From: a virus
Lineage: Duplodnaviria > Heunggongvirae > Uroviricota > Caudoviricetes
Direction: 5' to 3' (one strand)
Virus record (IMG/VR): IMGVR_UViG_3300029935_000001
Coordinates: 137,867-201,866 of that record
Length of the DNA: 64,000 bases
Shown here: positions 18,053-28,200 of the stretch, in pieces
How the letters are laid out: every line of letters starts with the position of its first letter
Numbering within the stretch: the first letter of the stretch is position 1
The notes under the pieces: generated by a model
Seen by the model: the letters and a program-made list of their open reading frames with translations, nothing else
Told to the model about the DNA's origin: nothing
The model's database searches: none
Position numbers and translations under genes: made by a program

Positions 18053-20101
18053 ATGTCTAATAATGGTTACCAACAAGATAGCACTTCCAGTCAGTTATAC
18101 GAATTGTTACTATCCCGGAATTTTGAACCCGATATCCTCGACGCGTCAGGGCAACGAGTAACAGACCCATCAACAGCTGAGGTCCTCAGCTTTGACTATC
18201 GCACAGAAAATAAAAATTACGGAACGGTAGTAATACTAATTAACAGCACCGATTCTCTCGAGTTGTTTTATGGAGACAACTTAGGTCGAGGGATGGAGCG
18301 GGACGACAAAGATGCTTGGTATGATTTTTTATACCAACTTCGTATGTTTGCTAAGCGTAATTTACTTGCGTTTGAATTAAAGAACATGAATCGTCTCAAG
18401 TTTACTATGCAGGGAATGGCTGCTATTAAAGAAGGGTTGTTTGAAGGCTATTATGGCAACAAGCACACTTCGTATTCAGACGGTCCACAAAAAACTCGGC
18501 TAATTATCAAGCATAATAAATCGTTAGAGTCCACGGATCCACGATACCGTTATATCGAGTCGATCTTTGTAGAAACCGAAGAAGGCGAACGCTTCAAGCT
18601 ACCGTTTACCAAGCTAAGTGGTGGCCGCGCAATGGCTCGTCACTGCGCCGAAGGTGGCACACCTTACGATCCACTGGGGCAGCACATTTGCGGAATGGTG
18701 GAGCAGATTGCCCGCGTAGGCAAATTTGTTCGCAAGCTGCGTGGTAAAGAAGTAGCCAACGAAACTGAAGAAATGCAGTCTACCGCCGGCGAACATTATA
18801 ATCGTTTGCGCAAACAGCTAAAGAGCCTGGCTGGCCAACGTGGGTATCGTGCTTATCGCGAAAGCTGGTCTCCTGATCAGATAACAGAGTCTGATCAGTA
18901 TGTCAACCAGTTAGACAATCTCCTCACCGAAAACTACCGTACAGGAACACCGTCAATGAAAGAAATAAAACTATTTGAAAGCTGGGCTACTCGCTTAGTC
19001 GAAGGTACGTGGTCTATACCAGAAACGCCTGAGCAAATCGAAACTCTTCGAGATTTGCTTGCCGCGCCACTTGAAGTAGGGCCTGACGCAATGAATGCGC
19101 AAGAGCTGCTGTATGACGTAGTCGGCGACGACGAGTTGTTTGATCAACTATACACGTTGGCTCAAGAAAATCCCGAAGCCGACGCGCGCGAAACTGTTAC
19201 TGCGTGGCTACAAGCCCGAGCTGAAACAGAACCGCGGTATGCTGCTGCTTTAGCAGCAGTGCAGTCAACAGCGGCGCCGGTGGCCGAAGAAATAGGTGAT
19301 CCTACTAACGACCCAGAGTTTTACGACGGCGATGATGCTGGCGAGTTTTACGTTGTAATTTACGACGAAGATGAAGACAGCACGTTTGTTGGCAAACTCC
19401 AACAAACTGAACGTCGTTGGGAAGAACTTCCAGTTGCTGGACAAGCACCGGCACAATGGGGCGGTGGTTATATGTCTTATGTTTCCCCTGCGGATATTAT
19501 GAACTGGCTTTATCAAGATTACAGTCGCGGGTATACAGTTAAAGGCCCGTATTACAGCAAGCAAGAAGCTCTGCAAGTGGCGCACAACGAGTTTGGCATC
19601 CGCGAAAATGCGCACAACGAATACCAAGCCAACCAATACTTTAAATCTCAACAAAAACTACCAAACAAACAGTTTGACGATTTTGCAGAGTGGCGCAAAT
19701 ATATGACTGCGTTTGACCCAATGGTAAAGTTTTATAAAAAAACCACGCAGCAAGGTGAAGTAATATTAGCCAAAGACGGTGACCGAGTGTTGGGCAGTTT
19801 TAGTCCTGCTAATAAGTTTGGATTCATTGGCGAAGAAGTAGAAGCTCCGGTTAGCGAATCTTTCCCGTACGACGTGGACCATATGCCGGGTCAGCGGCAA
19901 CCGTTTAAATCCAACAACTGCACAACCTGTCATGGCCGTCAGTATATGTATCGGTTAGATGATAAGCTATACGCAGACAATAAAAAAGGCGCTACCCGGT
20001 TAAAATGTCCAACCTGCAACGGAACAGGCAGTAAACCGGCCGCCAACGAAAGCACCGACTCGATAAATACATTATCATCATTACTGAAAAAACTTATCTA
20101 A
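18053..20101 (+). CDS. Large modular putative virion protein
   Basis: 682 aa; TAAATA at 18039; repeated X-X-E linkers; C-terminal CTTCHG..CPTCNGTG. Confidence 0.65.
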   Translation: MSNNGYQQDSTSSQLYELLLSRNFEPDILDASGQRVTDPSTAEVLSFDYRTENKNYGTVVILINSTDSLELFYGDNLGRGMERDDKDAWYDFLYQLRMFAKRNLLAFELKNMNRLKFTMQGMAAIKEGLFEGYYGNKHTSYSDGPQKTRLIIKHNKSLESTDPRYRYIESIFVETEEGERFKLPFTKLSGGRAMARHCAEGGTPYDPLGQHICGMVEQIARVGKFVRKLRGKEVANETEEMQSTAGEHYNRLRKQLKSLAGQRGYRAYRESWSPDQITESDQYVNQLDNLLTENYRTGTPSMKEIKLFESWATRLVEGTWSIPETPEQIETLRDLLAAPLEVGPDAMNAQELLYDVVGDDELFDQLYTLAQENPEADARETVTAWLQARAETEPRYAAALAAVQSTAAPVAEEIGDPTNDPEFYDGDDAGEFYVVIYDEDEDSTFVGKLQQTERRWEELPVAGQAPAQWGGGYMSYVSPADIMNWLYQDYSRGYTVKGPYYSKQEALQVAHNEFGIRENAHNEYQANQYFKSQQKLPNKQFDDFAEWRKYMTAFDPMVKFYKKTTQQGEVILAKDGDRVLGSFSPANKFGFIGEEVEAPVSESFPYDVDHMPGQRQPFKSNNCTTCHGRQYMYRLDDKLYADNKKGATRLKCPTCNGTGSKPAANESTDSINTLSSLLKKLI

Positions 20102-20111
20102 GGAAGCTACT

Positions 20112-20603
20112 GTGCGAGTAAGGCACTTAAAACATTCAACAGTGCCCGACGCAGGCGATAACAAGCTGGTTCAGCCGTCGGATTGGAATGCAGATCACAT
20201 AATCGAAGATGTTCAAATTTCCGATGTTATGGGCCTGCAGGCTGTCCTGGACGGCAAACTTAATGTAGGCGATGTAATTACCGGAGCCGACGGCAAATCT
20301 GCGTATCAGCTTGCGTTAGAAGCTGGGTATGTAGGCACTCTCGAAGAGTGGCTTCAATCGCTGGTAGGTCCAGTTGGTAAATCTGCGTATCAGCTTGCGT
20401 TAGAGCAAGGATATGTTGGCGATATTGATCAGTGGTTAGATTCTCTCAAAGCCTCGATTGAAGTCACTGCCCTTGACGCAGGAAAAGTATTAACAAATGA
20501 TGGAACGACCACAAGCTGGTCGAGTATAGGCGATGTTGAAGGGTTCGACGCAGCCGTAGAAGATGCCTTGACAACCATAGTAGTTGATCAAGGCGACATA
20601 TAA
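20112..20603 (+). CDS. Fibre/baseplate-associated protein with GKSAY repeats
   Basis: Two GKSAYQLALE.GYVG..E/QWL.SL repeats. Confidence 0.65.
   Translation: MRVRHLKHSTVPDAGDNKLVQPSDWNADHIIEDVQISDVMGLQAVLDGKLNVGDVITGADGKSAYQLALEAGYVGTLEEWLQSLVGPVGKSAYQLALEQGYVGDIDQWLDSLKASIEVTALDAGKVLTNDGTTTSWSSIGDVEGFDAAVEDALTTIVVDQGDI
20292..20404 (+). repeat. Intragenic repeat, 84-bp period
   Basis: AAATCTGCGTATCAGCTTGCGTTAGA at 20295-20320 and 20379-20404. Confidence 0.85.
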
Positions 20604-20622
20604 ATTTTTCGGAGAAATATAA

Positions 20623-22017
20623 ATGGCAATGCAAATTAAATTCTTGCGCGGCAATACAGCTCAAAACGACGCTTACACTGGCCCGCTTGGTACTATTACA
20701 ATCGACACGCAAGCTAAGCGTATTCGTCTACACGACGGTGCCACTGCTGGCGGTCTTGCTCAACTGGCCAACCTTGACGACATCCAAGGTTTACAAACAC
20801 AAATCAATAACCTTGGCATCTCGGACATCAGTGGCCTGCAAGCTGCGCTCAACGCGCTCCAAGCCGAAATTGATGCTGAAGAAATTGCCCGGTCTAATGC
20901 AGACACTGCCCTCGATGGTCGACTGACTACAGTCGAAGGCTCGTATATTCACAAAGACGGCTCCGTGGCATTTACTGCTGCTCAATCCATGGGTGGATTT
21001 GCGCTTACTAACGTACTCGATCCAGTTGCCCTCCAGGACGCCGCTACTAAGAACTACGTAGACACAGAGATTACTGCTGTAGAAAATATGGTTGCAGCTC
21101 TCGGTAACGCGTTTAACTATGTTGGCGTCTTAACTGGTGGTGTCGACGAGCCGTCGGCGTTTGACTTAGGCACACTTCCTGCTGCAGGTCGCGATGCTGG
21201 CGATTACTACAAAGTAACTACTGCTGGTTGGTTCACTTATAACTCTGTTGCTCAGTATTTTAATCTCGGCGATGGCTTGGTGTTCAACACAAGTGGCGGT
21301 TATGACAAGATCGACAACACCAACTCCGAAGTTCAAGGTACTGCCAACTTTATTGCAGTAACTGGTTCTGCCGACTCGGGCTTTGTGGTCGACGTGGCTT
21401 CGCAATTCAAGACTCGTGTAAGCGATGCTGAAGCTGCGATTACTGCGCTTCAGGGGTCCACGTCTGCTATTCAGGCCGAGCTTGATGACACGCAAGCTGG
21501 CGCCGGGCTTGCTGCAGATGGCTCGTATGTGGCCACCGGGACTGCTAATTATATTGCTGCTGCGACCAGCCTCGACGATGCCGATCAAAAGCTTGACACT
21601 GCGCTTAAAGGCTTAGCCGATACAGTTGCTGGCCTCGACGTTGGTGTTAGCTCGGTCACTGGCACCGCCCCGATTGTTGTCAACAACACTGACGCTGCCA
21701 ATCCGGTGGTTTCGATTACAAATGCTACACAGGTAGCCGACGGTGCTATGTCGTCTGCTGACAAGGTCAAGCTTGACGGTATCGAAGCCGGCGCTCAAGT
21801 TAACACAGTCGATTCCGTCAATGGTTACACTGGTGAAGTGGTACTGACCAAAGCTGACGTGGGCCTTGGCAATGTGGAAAATTATGCTGTTGCTACCCAA
21901 GCCGAAGTTGAAGCTGCTACCCCGACTACCGTTAACAACAAATACATGACTCCGCTTCGCACCCGCGAGTTTATCGAAGGCGGCACTTACACAATCGATC
22001 TTGGCGTGCTCCCATAA
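20623..22017 (+). CDS. Fibre protein with Mtd-N-like N-terminus
   Basis: IKFLRGNTAQ..YTG..G.ITIDT..IRLHDG; coiled coils; VDSVNG.TG.V.L.KADVGLGNVEN. Confidence 0.75.
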   Translation: MAMQIKFLRGNTAQNDAYTGPLGTITIDTQAKRIRLHDGATAGGLAQLANLDDIQGLQTQINNLGISDISGLQAALNALQAEIDAEEIARSNADTALDGRLTTVEGSYIHKDGSVAFTAAQSMGGFALTNVLDPVALQDAATKNYVDTEITAVENMVAALGNAFNYVGVLTGGVDEPSAFDLGTLPAAGRDAGDYYKVTTAGWFTYNSVAQYFNLGDGLVFNTSGGYDKIDNTNSEVQGTANFIAVTGSADSGFVVDVASQFKTRVSDAEAAITALQGSTSAIQAELDDTQAGAGLAADGSYVATGTANYIAAATSLDDADQKLDTALKGLADTVAGLDVGVSSVTGTAPIVVNNTDAANPVVSITNATQVADGAMSSADKVKLDGIEAGAQVNTVDSVNGYTGEVVLTKADVGLGNVENYAVATQAEVEAATPTTVNNKYMTPLRTREFIEGGTYTIDLGVLP

Positions 22018-22044
22018 TAGCTAAATAGTTGTAAAGTGTTTAAA

Positions 22045-22070
22045 AGATAAGGCACTTCAGTGCCTTATCT
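22045..22070 (+). terminator. Hairpin (terminator or mRNA-processing stem)
   Basis: AGATAAGGCAC-TTCA-GTGCCTTATCT, 11-bp stem. Confidence 0.65.
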
Positions 22071-22087
22071 TCTATTAAAGGACAACT

Positions 22088-22735
22088 ATGTCAAAGACCG
22101 TTCAACACAAAGGCGGATCAACCGTTCAAAACAACAGTTATACTGGGGCAGCGCGTGAAATAACTGTTGATACTACAAAAAACACACTGCGGGTTCACGA
22201 CGGGGTTACTGTTGGGGGCACCGAACTGGCTCGACTTGTTGATATTCCTGCACCATCGCTCCCAGCCATTGGCGCTGCGCCGCCGGTAAGCCCACCCATT
22301 GGTAGGCTATGGTGGGATTCGGCAATTGGCAATATGTATATTTTTTATAACGATGGTGACAGTTCGCAATGGGTTCCTGTTACTGCAAATGTCGGGCCAA
22401 AAGGTGATCCTGGGTTTGGGCTTAGTCCGGCTTATTATAACTTAGGTACTATATCCGGCACTGTAAACATCAATCTCACCAATAGCGATACACAAATTGG
22501 AACTTTATCTGGGAATACGACCATTGTGCTTCCTGCGCTGGCAGCGGGCCAAACTCGGCAATTAACGCTGATTATAACAAATAGCAGCGCAGGCGGCCAT
22601 GCAATAACCGTGCCGTCGGTAGCTTGGATAGGGCAAGGCGCACCGCAGTTCAATGTCGCAGCGAACGCTCGGAACATTTTGTTATTTCGCGGCATTGACG
22701 GATTGTGGATTGGCGATGGAGGGCCAGTGGCATGA
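22088..22735 (+). CDS. Short fibre protein with Mtd-N-like N-terminus
   Basis: QHKGGSTVQNNSYTGAAREITVDT..LRVHDG; G.LWWDS..MYIFYNDGDSSQWV. Confidence 0.75.
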   Translation: MSKTVQHKGGSTVQNNSYTGAAREITVDTTKNTLRVHDGVTVGGTELARLVDIPAPSLPAIGAAPPVSPPIGRLWWDSAIGNMYIFYNDGDSSQWVPVTANVGPKGDPGFGLSPAYYNLGTISGTVNINLTNSDTQIGTLSGNTTIVLPALAAGQTRQLTLIITNSSAGGHAITVPSVAWIGQGAPQFNVAANARNILLFRGIDGLWIGDGGPVA

Positions 22736-23346
22736 CACGCTTATTTTATCAGTTACCAAATGGAACCCCAACTGCAGACTTGAGTGCGTTAGTGCCGTCG
22801 GTAATCAACCCGCAGTTTCTTACTGCCGCTGAGTTAGCAGAGTTTGGTGTAGCAGAATGCGTAGTCAATTACCCATCAGTGGCTTGGTGGCAAGAACTTG
22901 GTGCAAAACTAATCGATACTACGCTCCCGGTTCATGCGATTACATGGGCAGTAACAAATCGAGCCCTCGCCGAAACTCAACAAATGGCTTGGGAAAAGAT
23001 TAAAGAGCGACGAGCTATTGAGCGTCAAAAGGGCGTGAGTTTTGTCTTTTCGGATGGCCAGACTGGGACTATTCAAATCCGGGATGAAGACATTACTAAC
23101 TTATTAGCAATACACGCGGCTGCTGCTGCGGCATTAATGACCGACAATGCGACCCAAATCCCGTTTACTGACGCGGAAAATCAGACTCGCTTTTTAGAAC
23201 CGGCTGAAGCGCTCCGGCTGGTTATGGCTGCGTTTGCGCACGGTTCTCACGTCCATGTCACAAGTCAAAATATTAGAACAGCAATTAACAGCGCCGACTC
23301 TGTAAGCAAAGTAGTTGACGCAACCAAGTGGCCTGGCGACGAGTAA
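22732..23346 (+). CDS. Tail fibre assembly/chaperone-like protein (DUF4376-like)
   Basis: ATGA overlap; EKIKERR..IQIRDED..F.DAENQ..pattern downstream of a fibre gene. Confidence 0.6.
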   Translation: MTRLFYQLPNGTPTADLSALVPSVINPQFLTAAELAEFGVAECVVNYPSVAWWQELGAKLIDTTLPVHAITWAVTNRALAETQQMAWEKIKERRAIERQKGVSFVFSDGQTGTIQIRDEDITNLLAIHAAAAAALMTDNATQIPFTDAENQTRFLEPAEALRLVMAAFAHGSHVHVTSQNIRTAINSADSVSKVVDATKWPGDE

Positions 23347-23999
23347 TGAGTGTTTATTATACTGATTTTAGCGAATACCCGCTCGATCAGCCACCAGTGG
23401 ATTGGACAACTATTTGGTCGCCGGCAGACATAACATGGGCAGTGAGAAACTTTCCGGGAGCAACTGGTAACAGAATCTTAGAACGCACGGGCTCGTGGAC
23501 ATTGTTTTCTGGGCATGTTTGGAACACGCCAGGGCAACACACTGACTCCGAGGTACTAACGCGATTTAGAGTTAGTTCTGTTTCTGCACAAATTGACTTT
23601 GTCTGTACGCGAGCTTCGGGCACGGTCGAAGCCAACGCAAATAATTACTCGGCGATTTGGCTTGGGGGAACTTTGTACCTTGGACTACGCACCAATGGAG
23701 TGCTCACAGTGTTATCGAGTATGTCGTTTTCAATGAGTGCAGGATCAGTATATTGGGCTCGCCTGAGGTCTAACGGGTCTTTGCATCAACTTCGTGTGTG
23801 GCTTGACGGTAGCAACGAGCCGGGGACTCCAATGTTGTCGGCAGTCGACTCAACTCACACATCCGGCCTGGCCGGAGTCATGTCTCGGCAGGATTATACT
23901 TACGAATTTGATTTTGTTAGTGTAGCCACCAATGGTGACATTGCGGCGTCAACCCCGCCGAATCGAAGTTTAAGATCAAAGCTAATGATTACACGGTAA
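23346..23999 (+). CDS. Beta-sandwich/lectin-like fibre-associated protein
   Basis: TAATG overlap; Trp/Ser/Thr-rich beta pattern. Confidence 0.5.
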   Translation: MSVYYTDFSEYPLDQPPVDWTTIWSPADITWAVRNFPGATGNRILERTGSWTLFSGHVWNTPGQHTDSEVLTRFRVSSVSAQIDFVCTRASGTVEANANNYSAIWLGGTLYLGLRTNGVLTVLSSMSFSMSAGSVYWARLRSNGSLHQLRVWLDGSNEPGTPMLSAVDSTHTSGLAGVMSRQDYTYEFDFVSVATNGDIAASTPPNRSLRSKLMITR

Positions 24000-24006
24000 A
24001 TATGAT

Positions 24007-24729
24007 ATGGCTATAAATTTTCCAAATTCCCCAACGGTTAACCAGGTATTCACTGTAAATGGTGTTAATTATATTTGGGACGGCACTAAGTGGGCAGTAG
24101 CAGCAGGAACTAATCCAGCTCTTGGTACTGCTGCGTTTCGTAATGTGCCTGCTGTTGGTAACGCAACACTCGCAGAAGCGGTGTTAGGTAGCGATACGCG
24201 GTTAGCAGATGCAAGAGCGCCAACGCCGCATACTCATGTTATTGCGGACATCACTGATTATGCCCCTACTGCGGTGCGAATGTGGCACGGCGAGATCGGC
24301 AACTTGAGCACAAATAATCAAATCGCATGGAGTAACACGTTACCAACGGTCGCCAATGGTACTCAGGTGTTTACTCGGACTATTACGCCCCTTCGCACTG
24401 ACACAGTTTTTGTGATTACTTTTACTCTTTATACCGCACACACTAACCGCGATGCTGTAGTAACTGCTGCTCTCTTTAGGGGTACAACTTGTGTTAGTGC
24501 CAAACCAAATACACAAGGTGTTAGAAATAACAACCAGGTTGCCGGCACTTTTTCTGTCACTTATGTAGATGCTACTGTGAGAACTAATTTAGATCCAGTG
24601 ACATTTTCGCTACGTGTTGGCGCTGACGTCACTGGCACAACACACATCAACCAAGGCACTTCAGGACAGAATTATGCCGGCGCTGGTGCTGGTGCGTACA
24701 CAATTATGGAAATGATAAGGACAGTGTAA
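24007..24729 (+). CDS. Fibre-associated protein
   Basis: MAINFP.SP..NQVFTVNG..YIWDGTKW N-terminal motif; SDTRLADAR.PT.H.H. Confidence 0.65.
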   Translation: MAINFPNSPTVNQVFTVNGVNYIWDGTKWAVAAGTNPALGTAAFRNVPAVGNATLAEAVLGSDTRLADARAPTPHTHVIADITDYAPTAVRMWHGEIGNLSTNNQIAWSNTLPTVANGTQVFTRTITPLRTDTVFVITFTLYTAHTNRDAVVTAALFRGTTCVSAKPNTQGVRNNNQVAGTFSVTYVDATVRTNLDPVTFSLRVGADVTGTTHINQGTSGQNYAGAGAGAYTIMEMIRTV

Positions 24730-25190
24730 TGACAATGACATATATTCAAGCAATTAGCTTGGGATTTCCTGGCACGTATGTTTCGGCGCCTGGCGACGGA
24801 TCTGTCTACGAAGACTTGGTGTGGGAAGCCGGCAATCCCATACCGTCAAAGACAGCACTCGACGAGTGGATCGCTGCCAATAGCACAGTTCAACTACCGA
24901 CTCGCTTAACAGTATTGGCGTTTCGTAATAGATTTACGCAGGCTGAAAAAGTAGCAATTGACTTATCGTCAATTGATAACCCAGCAGCGCCCATCGAGCA
25001 GCGACAAATGGCAGCAATGCTTCGAGTGTTTATGGCCGATTTGCACGCAGCAACGTTTGTTGACATTTCGCGGCCCGACACGCGCGCAGGTGTTCAACAG
25101 TTAGAGGCTTACGGAATAATCGGCCCCGGTCGAGCAGCAGCAATACTCGACACCCCACCAACAGCGATTGAACTATCGCCTTTCAATTGA
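24729..25190 (+). CDS. Fibre-associated hypothetical protein
   Basis: 153 aa; coupled; LAFRNRFT.AEK..I motif. Confidence 0.6.
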   Translation: MTMTYIQAISLGFPGTYVSAPGDGSVYEDLVWEAGNPIPSKTALDEWIAANSTVQLPTRLTVLAFRNRFTQAEKVAIDLSSIDNPAAPIEQRQMAAMLRVFMADLHAATFVDISRPDTRAGVQQLEAYGIIGPGRAAAILDTPPTAIELSPFN

Positions 25191-25197
25191 GTAAGAC

Positions 25198-25854
25198 ATG
25201 ATAAAAAAATTATATGAAACAGTAGCCAATTGGGTAGTTGAGTTAATTGGAAAGACTACCTGGCGCAAGATAGCGATTTTCCACAAAGGTCTTTATTACG
25301 ATCTAACCTACGCCGAGCAAGAAACAATAAAAACGTTGCTCAAACGAGACTATTACATTATACTAACTCGTCGCAAAACACACCTGTCTACTTACGCAAT
25401 TAATTTTTCGCATTGGTTTCTTACTCGATTTAAAACCTGGGGATATTACAGCCACTCTCTTGCTAATCTCGAAGACGAGGTAAAAAGCGAAGATGACTTC
25501 CGTTTAATCGAAGCCACTAATAAGCGTGGCGTAGGGTATGTTCCGTTTGCCCAAGTTTTTGACTGTGACTCGGTTGCGCTGTTAAAACCGCGAGGGATAA
25601 CACTCGACGAGTGGACTCGGGTAATGGACAACTTAATGACCCACGAAGGTAAAAAATACGACACGTTGTATAAGCTCGCCGACGAGACTGAAATGAGTTG
25701 TGTAGAGTTAATTCGCACTGCGTTAATGACACTGCCTGACTACAATAATCGATTTGCTCGTTTTGAACAAATGATCGCTCGCGCGCGAAACCTCGACCCT
25801 CATATGTTTTATACATGCGGCGATTTTGAAGTCGTATACGAAGTGAGGCACTAA
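25198..25854 (+). CDS. Permuted papain-like NlpC/P60 (YaeF/YiiX-type) protein
   Basis: YYSHS His precedes GKKYD..EMSCVELI Cys. Confidence 0.6.
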   Translation: MIKKLYETVANWVVELIGKTTWRKIAIFHKGLYYDLTYAEQETIKTLLKRDYYIILTRRKTHLSTYAINFSHWFLTRFKTWGYYSHSLANLEDEVKSEDDFRLIEATNKRGVGYVPFAQVFDCDSVALLKPRGITLDEWTRVMDNLMTHEGKKYDTLYKLADETEMSCVELIRTALMTLPDYNNRFARFEQMIARARNLDPHMFYTCGDFEVVYEVRH

Positions 25855-26216
25855 TGGACTACGAGTATTCAATTCCGGGAGCGTTTCAAACAGGTGCTTT
25901 TACTTCGGCATTCCAGTTAGCTCAATCATATGCTGGCAGTAAGCGTAGGCCGCGTGCCCGCGGTTCGCGGTATGGTGCCTATTTAATTCCGCTTGGGCCA
26001 ATTTATTCGGACGAACGATATGTTATTGTGCGCGGCAAGCTTGGACAAGGCCTGGCCTCATTTGAAAAACATATTGAATACAATTCCGAAGACCAGCCCG
26101 AACACTCAATCAAGCTCGACGAAAATTGGCTAAATACAGCAACGGAGCCAACTTTTGTGACCACTGGATTTGCTGTTGATCACCAATTTAAAGTTGGACA
26201 TTTTGAATTATGCTAA
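25854..26216 (+). CDS. Hypothetical protein
   Basis: 120 aa, coupled. Confidence 0.55.
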   Translation: MDYEYSIPGAFQTGAFTSAFQLAQSYAGSKRRPRARGSRYGAYLIPLGPIYSDERYVIVRGKLGQGLASFEKHIEYNSEDQPEHSIKLDENWLNTATEPTFVTTGFAVDHQFKVGHFELC

Positions 26217-26932
26217 CAATAAAACTAACAGAATCCACCAACCTTGCCTTTGACATGATCGTCGAAGGTAGCAAGTCTACTGTAGACCAAGCCTGGCTGG
26301 TGTTTGAAGCTGCTGCTGGCTACGAAGTGCGCGTGCCTGCGCAACACGCAGACGGGCGAGTTCGTTGTGCCATACCAGCACTCGAAGGTGTTTTGCCAAA
26401 CGGCCCTACAAAGGTCACATTAGAGGTTGTAGTTGATGGTAGATATTATCGTCCTGTTACTGAGACAGTTCAGCTGGGCAAAGGCCAAGACATCAGTATT
26501 ATTACAAAATCGCTCGAAGCGGCGCCAGTGGACGAGGCACGTGCCCCTACTATTAGTCAGTTTGGCACTCCGCCTAAAAAGCGCAAGTCGGCGCACCAAA
26601 AAGAAGTAGAACGAAAAAGCAAAGAATATTGGCTTAGCCAGCCGGTAATTGAGCCAAAAGACCAACAAGTGGGCAACGCCAAGGTTGTAAAATACGACGA
26701 GTCCATAGCAGCATTAGACCAGTTACGCGCAAAAACCACCGCCGAAGACCAGCAAATGATTGCTACGTTTGGTAGCCGGTTCAATCAAGCGCTCGAAGAG
26801 CAGCGCCGCGAAACTGACCGCAAAGTGGCCGAAGCAAGAAAAATTGCTGAAGCAATGCTCGGCGGGATAACTACACAAGCAGCAGACAACAGTGTAGAAG
26901 CAATAAAAACACTGTTATCGCCGAAAAAGTAA
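26210..26932 (+). CDS. Hypothetical protein
   Basis: 240 aa; beta-rich N-half, charged C-half. Confidence 0.6.
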   Translation: MLTIKLTESTNLAFDMIVEGSKSTVDQAWLVFEAAAGYEVRVPAQHADGRVRCAIPALEGVLPNGPTKVTLEVVVDGRYYRPVTETVQLGKGQDISIITKSLEAAPVDEARAPTISQFGTPPKKRKSAHQKEVERKSKEYWLSQPVIEPKDQQVGNAKVVKYDESIAALDQLRAKTTAEDQQMIATFGSRFNQALEEQRRETDRKVAEARKIAEAMLGGITTQAADNSVEAIKTLLSPKK

Positions 26933-26950
26933 GAAAGGTAATAAATACTA

Positions 26951-26980
26951 TTGCTCGTGTTACACACATAGCGTTAAACT
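26951..26980 (+). promoter_or_regulatory. Putative sigma70-type promoter for ssb (late TAAATA at 26942 adjacent)
   Basis: TTGCTC-N18-TAAACT. Confidence 0.45.
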
Positions 26981-27133
26981 ATACGCACAATGTATGTGAT
27001 ACAACAAACTCTTGTATCGACGCAGGAGTGGGAACGCCATGTCCCGAGATTGGCCGCAACGGCCAATCATGCTCATAGCGAGCAGTCGACAGTGAATATC
27101 TCATACATAGACTAAATTAAGGAGTAGTAAATT

Positions 27134-28153
27134 ATGGCAACTCTCGCAGAAATCCGGGCCCGTCTACAGGCTCAAGAAAACAAAGCCCAAGGTAAGTTTG
27201 ATCGTGACAGCGGCGACAACGCTATGTTTGCGCACTGGAACATGGAAGAAGGCACCACATCTTCGATTCGCTTTGCGCCAGACGGCGACGAAAGCAACCC
27301 ATACTTCTGGGTTGAAAAAGCGATGATCAAGCTCCCATTTAATGGAGTCAAAGGTGGCGACTCCAAGCAAGTTATCGTTCAGGTTCCGTGTATGGAAATG
27401 TGGAACGAAACTTGCCCGGTGCTTACTGAGGTTCGTCCCTGGTTCAAAGATCCGGCACTTGAAGACATGGGTCGCAAATACTGGAAGAAGCGCACTTACC
27501 TGTTCCAGGGCTTTGTGCGTGAAAATTCGCTTGTTGATGACAAAGCGCCAGAAAACCCAATTCGCCGGTTCATTCTAAGCCCGCAACTGTTTCCAATTGT
27601 TAAGGCTGCGCTGCTCGATCCCGAGCTCGAAAACCTACCAACCGATTACATCCACGGTCTCGACTTCCGTATTACCAAGACCAGCAAGGGCGGATTTGCT
27701 GACTACAGCACTTCTACTTGGTCGCGTCGCGAGTCTGCACTTACTGAAGCCGAACGCGCAGCCATTGAAAAGTATGGTCTGCCAAAGCTAAGTGACTTCC
27801 TTCCGAAGAAGCCGTCGAGCATCGAGCTCCAGGTGATCAAGGAAATGTTCGAAGCGTCAGTTGACGGTATGGCTTACGACCCAGATCGTTGGGCTGCTTA
27901 CTACCGTCCAGGTGGCATGCCAGCACCGCAGTCTGACCGCAAAGAAGCCGCTCCTGCTACTACAGCAACACCGCGCCCAGCGTCAACTGCGCCTGCTGCT
28001 AGCACCGGTGCCCCATGGGAAGACACCGCGCAAGCTGCTGCTGACTCGATCGCAGTCCCAACCCCTGCTAAAGCTGAAGAACCAGCAGGCGGCGAAGACA
28101 AAGCCGCAGCAATCCTGGCTATGATTCGTAGTCGTCAGACCAAACCTGCTTGA
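27134..28153 (+). CDS. gp32: Single-stranded DNA-binding protein (T4 gp32-like)
   Basis: IRFAPDGD..FWVE..CMEMW..CPV..YWKKR..IRRF..G.DFRI.K..GFADYS.S; low-complexity tail. Confidence 0.88.
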   Translation: MATLAEIRARLQAQENKAQGKFDRDSGDNAMFAHWNMEEGTTSSIRFAPDGDESNPYFWVEKAMIKLPFNGVKGGDSKQVIVQVPCMEMWNETCPVLTEVRPWFKDPALEDMGRKYWKKRTYLFQGFVRENSLVDDKAPENPIRRFILSPQLFPIVKAALLDPELENLPTDYIHGLDFRITKTSKGGFADYSTSTWSRRESALTEAERAAIEKYGLPKLSDFLPKKPSSIELQVIKEMFEASVDGMAYDPDRWAAYYRPGGMPAPQSDRKEAAPATTATPRPASTAPAASTGAPWEDTAQAAADSIAVPTPAKAEEPAGGEDKAAAILAMIRSRQTKPA

Positions 28154-28168
28154 TCAGTAGTGTCGCTC

Positions 28169-28200
28169 AGTGGGTCGCGCATGCTATTGCGCGACCCACT
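28169..28200 (+). terminator. Strong hairpin after ssb
   Basis: AGTGGGTCGCGCA-TGCTAT-TGCGCGACCCACT, 13-bp stem. Confidence 0.7.

Noticed and set aside
20623-22735. Diversity-generating retroelement suggested by Mtd-like N-termini
   Set aside because: No reverse transcriptase and no TR/VR repeat pair seen in the window.
26933-27133. tRNA in the long intergenic region
   Set aside because: No cloverleaf, T-loop (TTCGA) or acceptor stem could be built.
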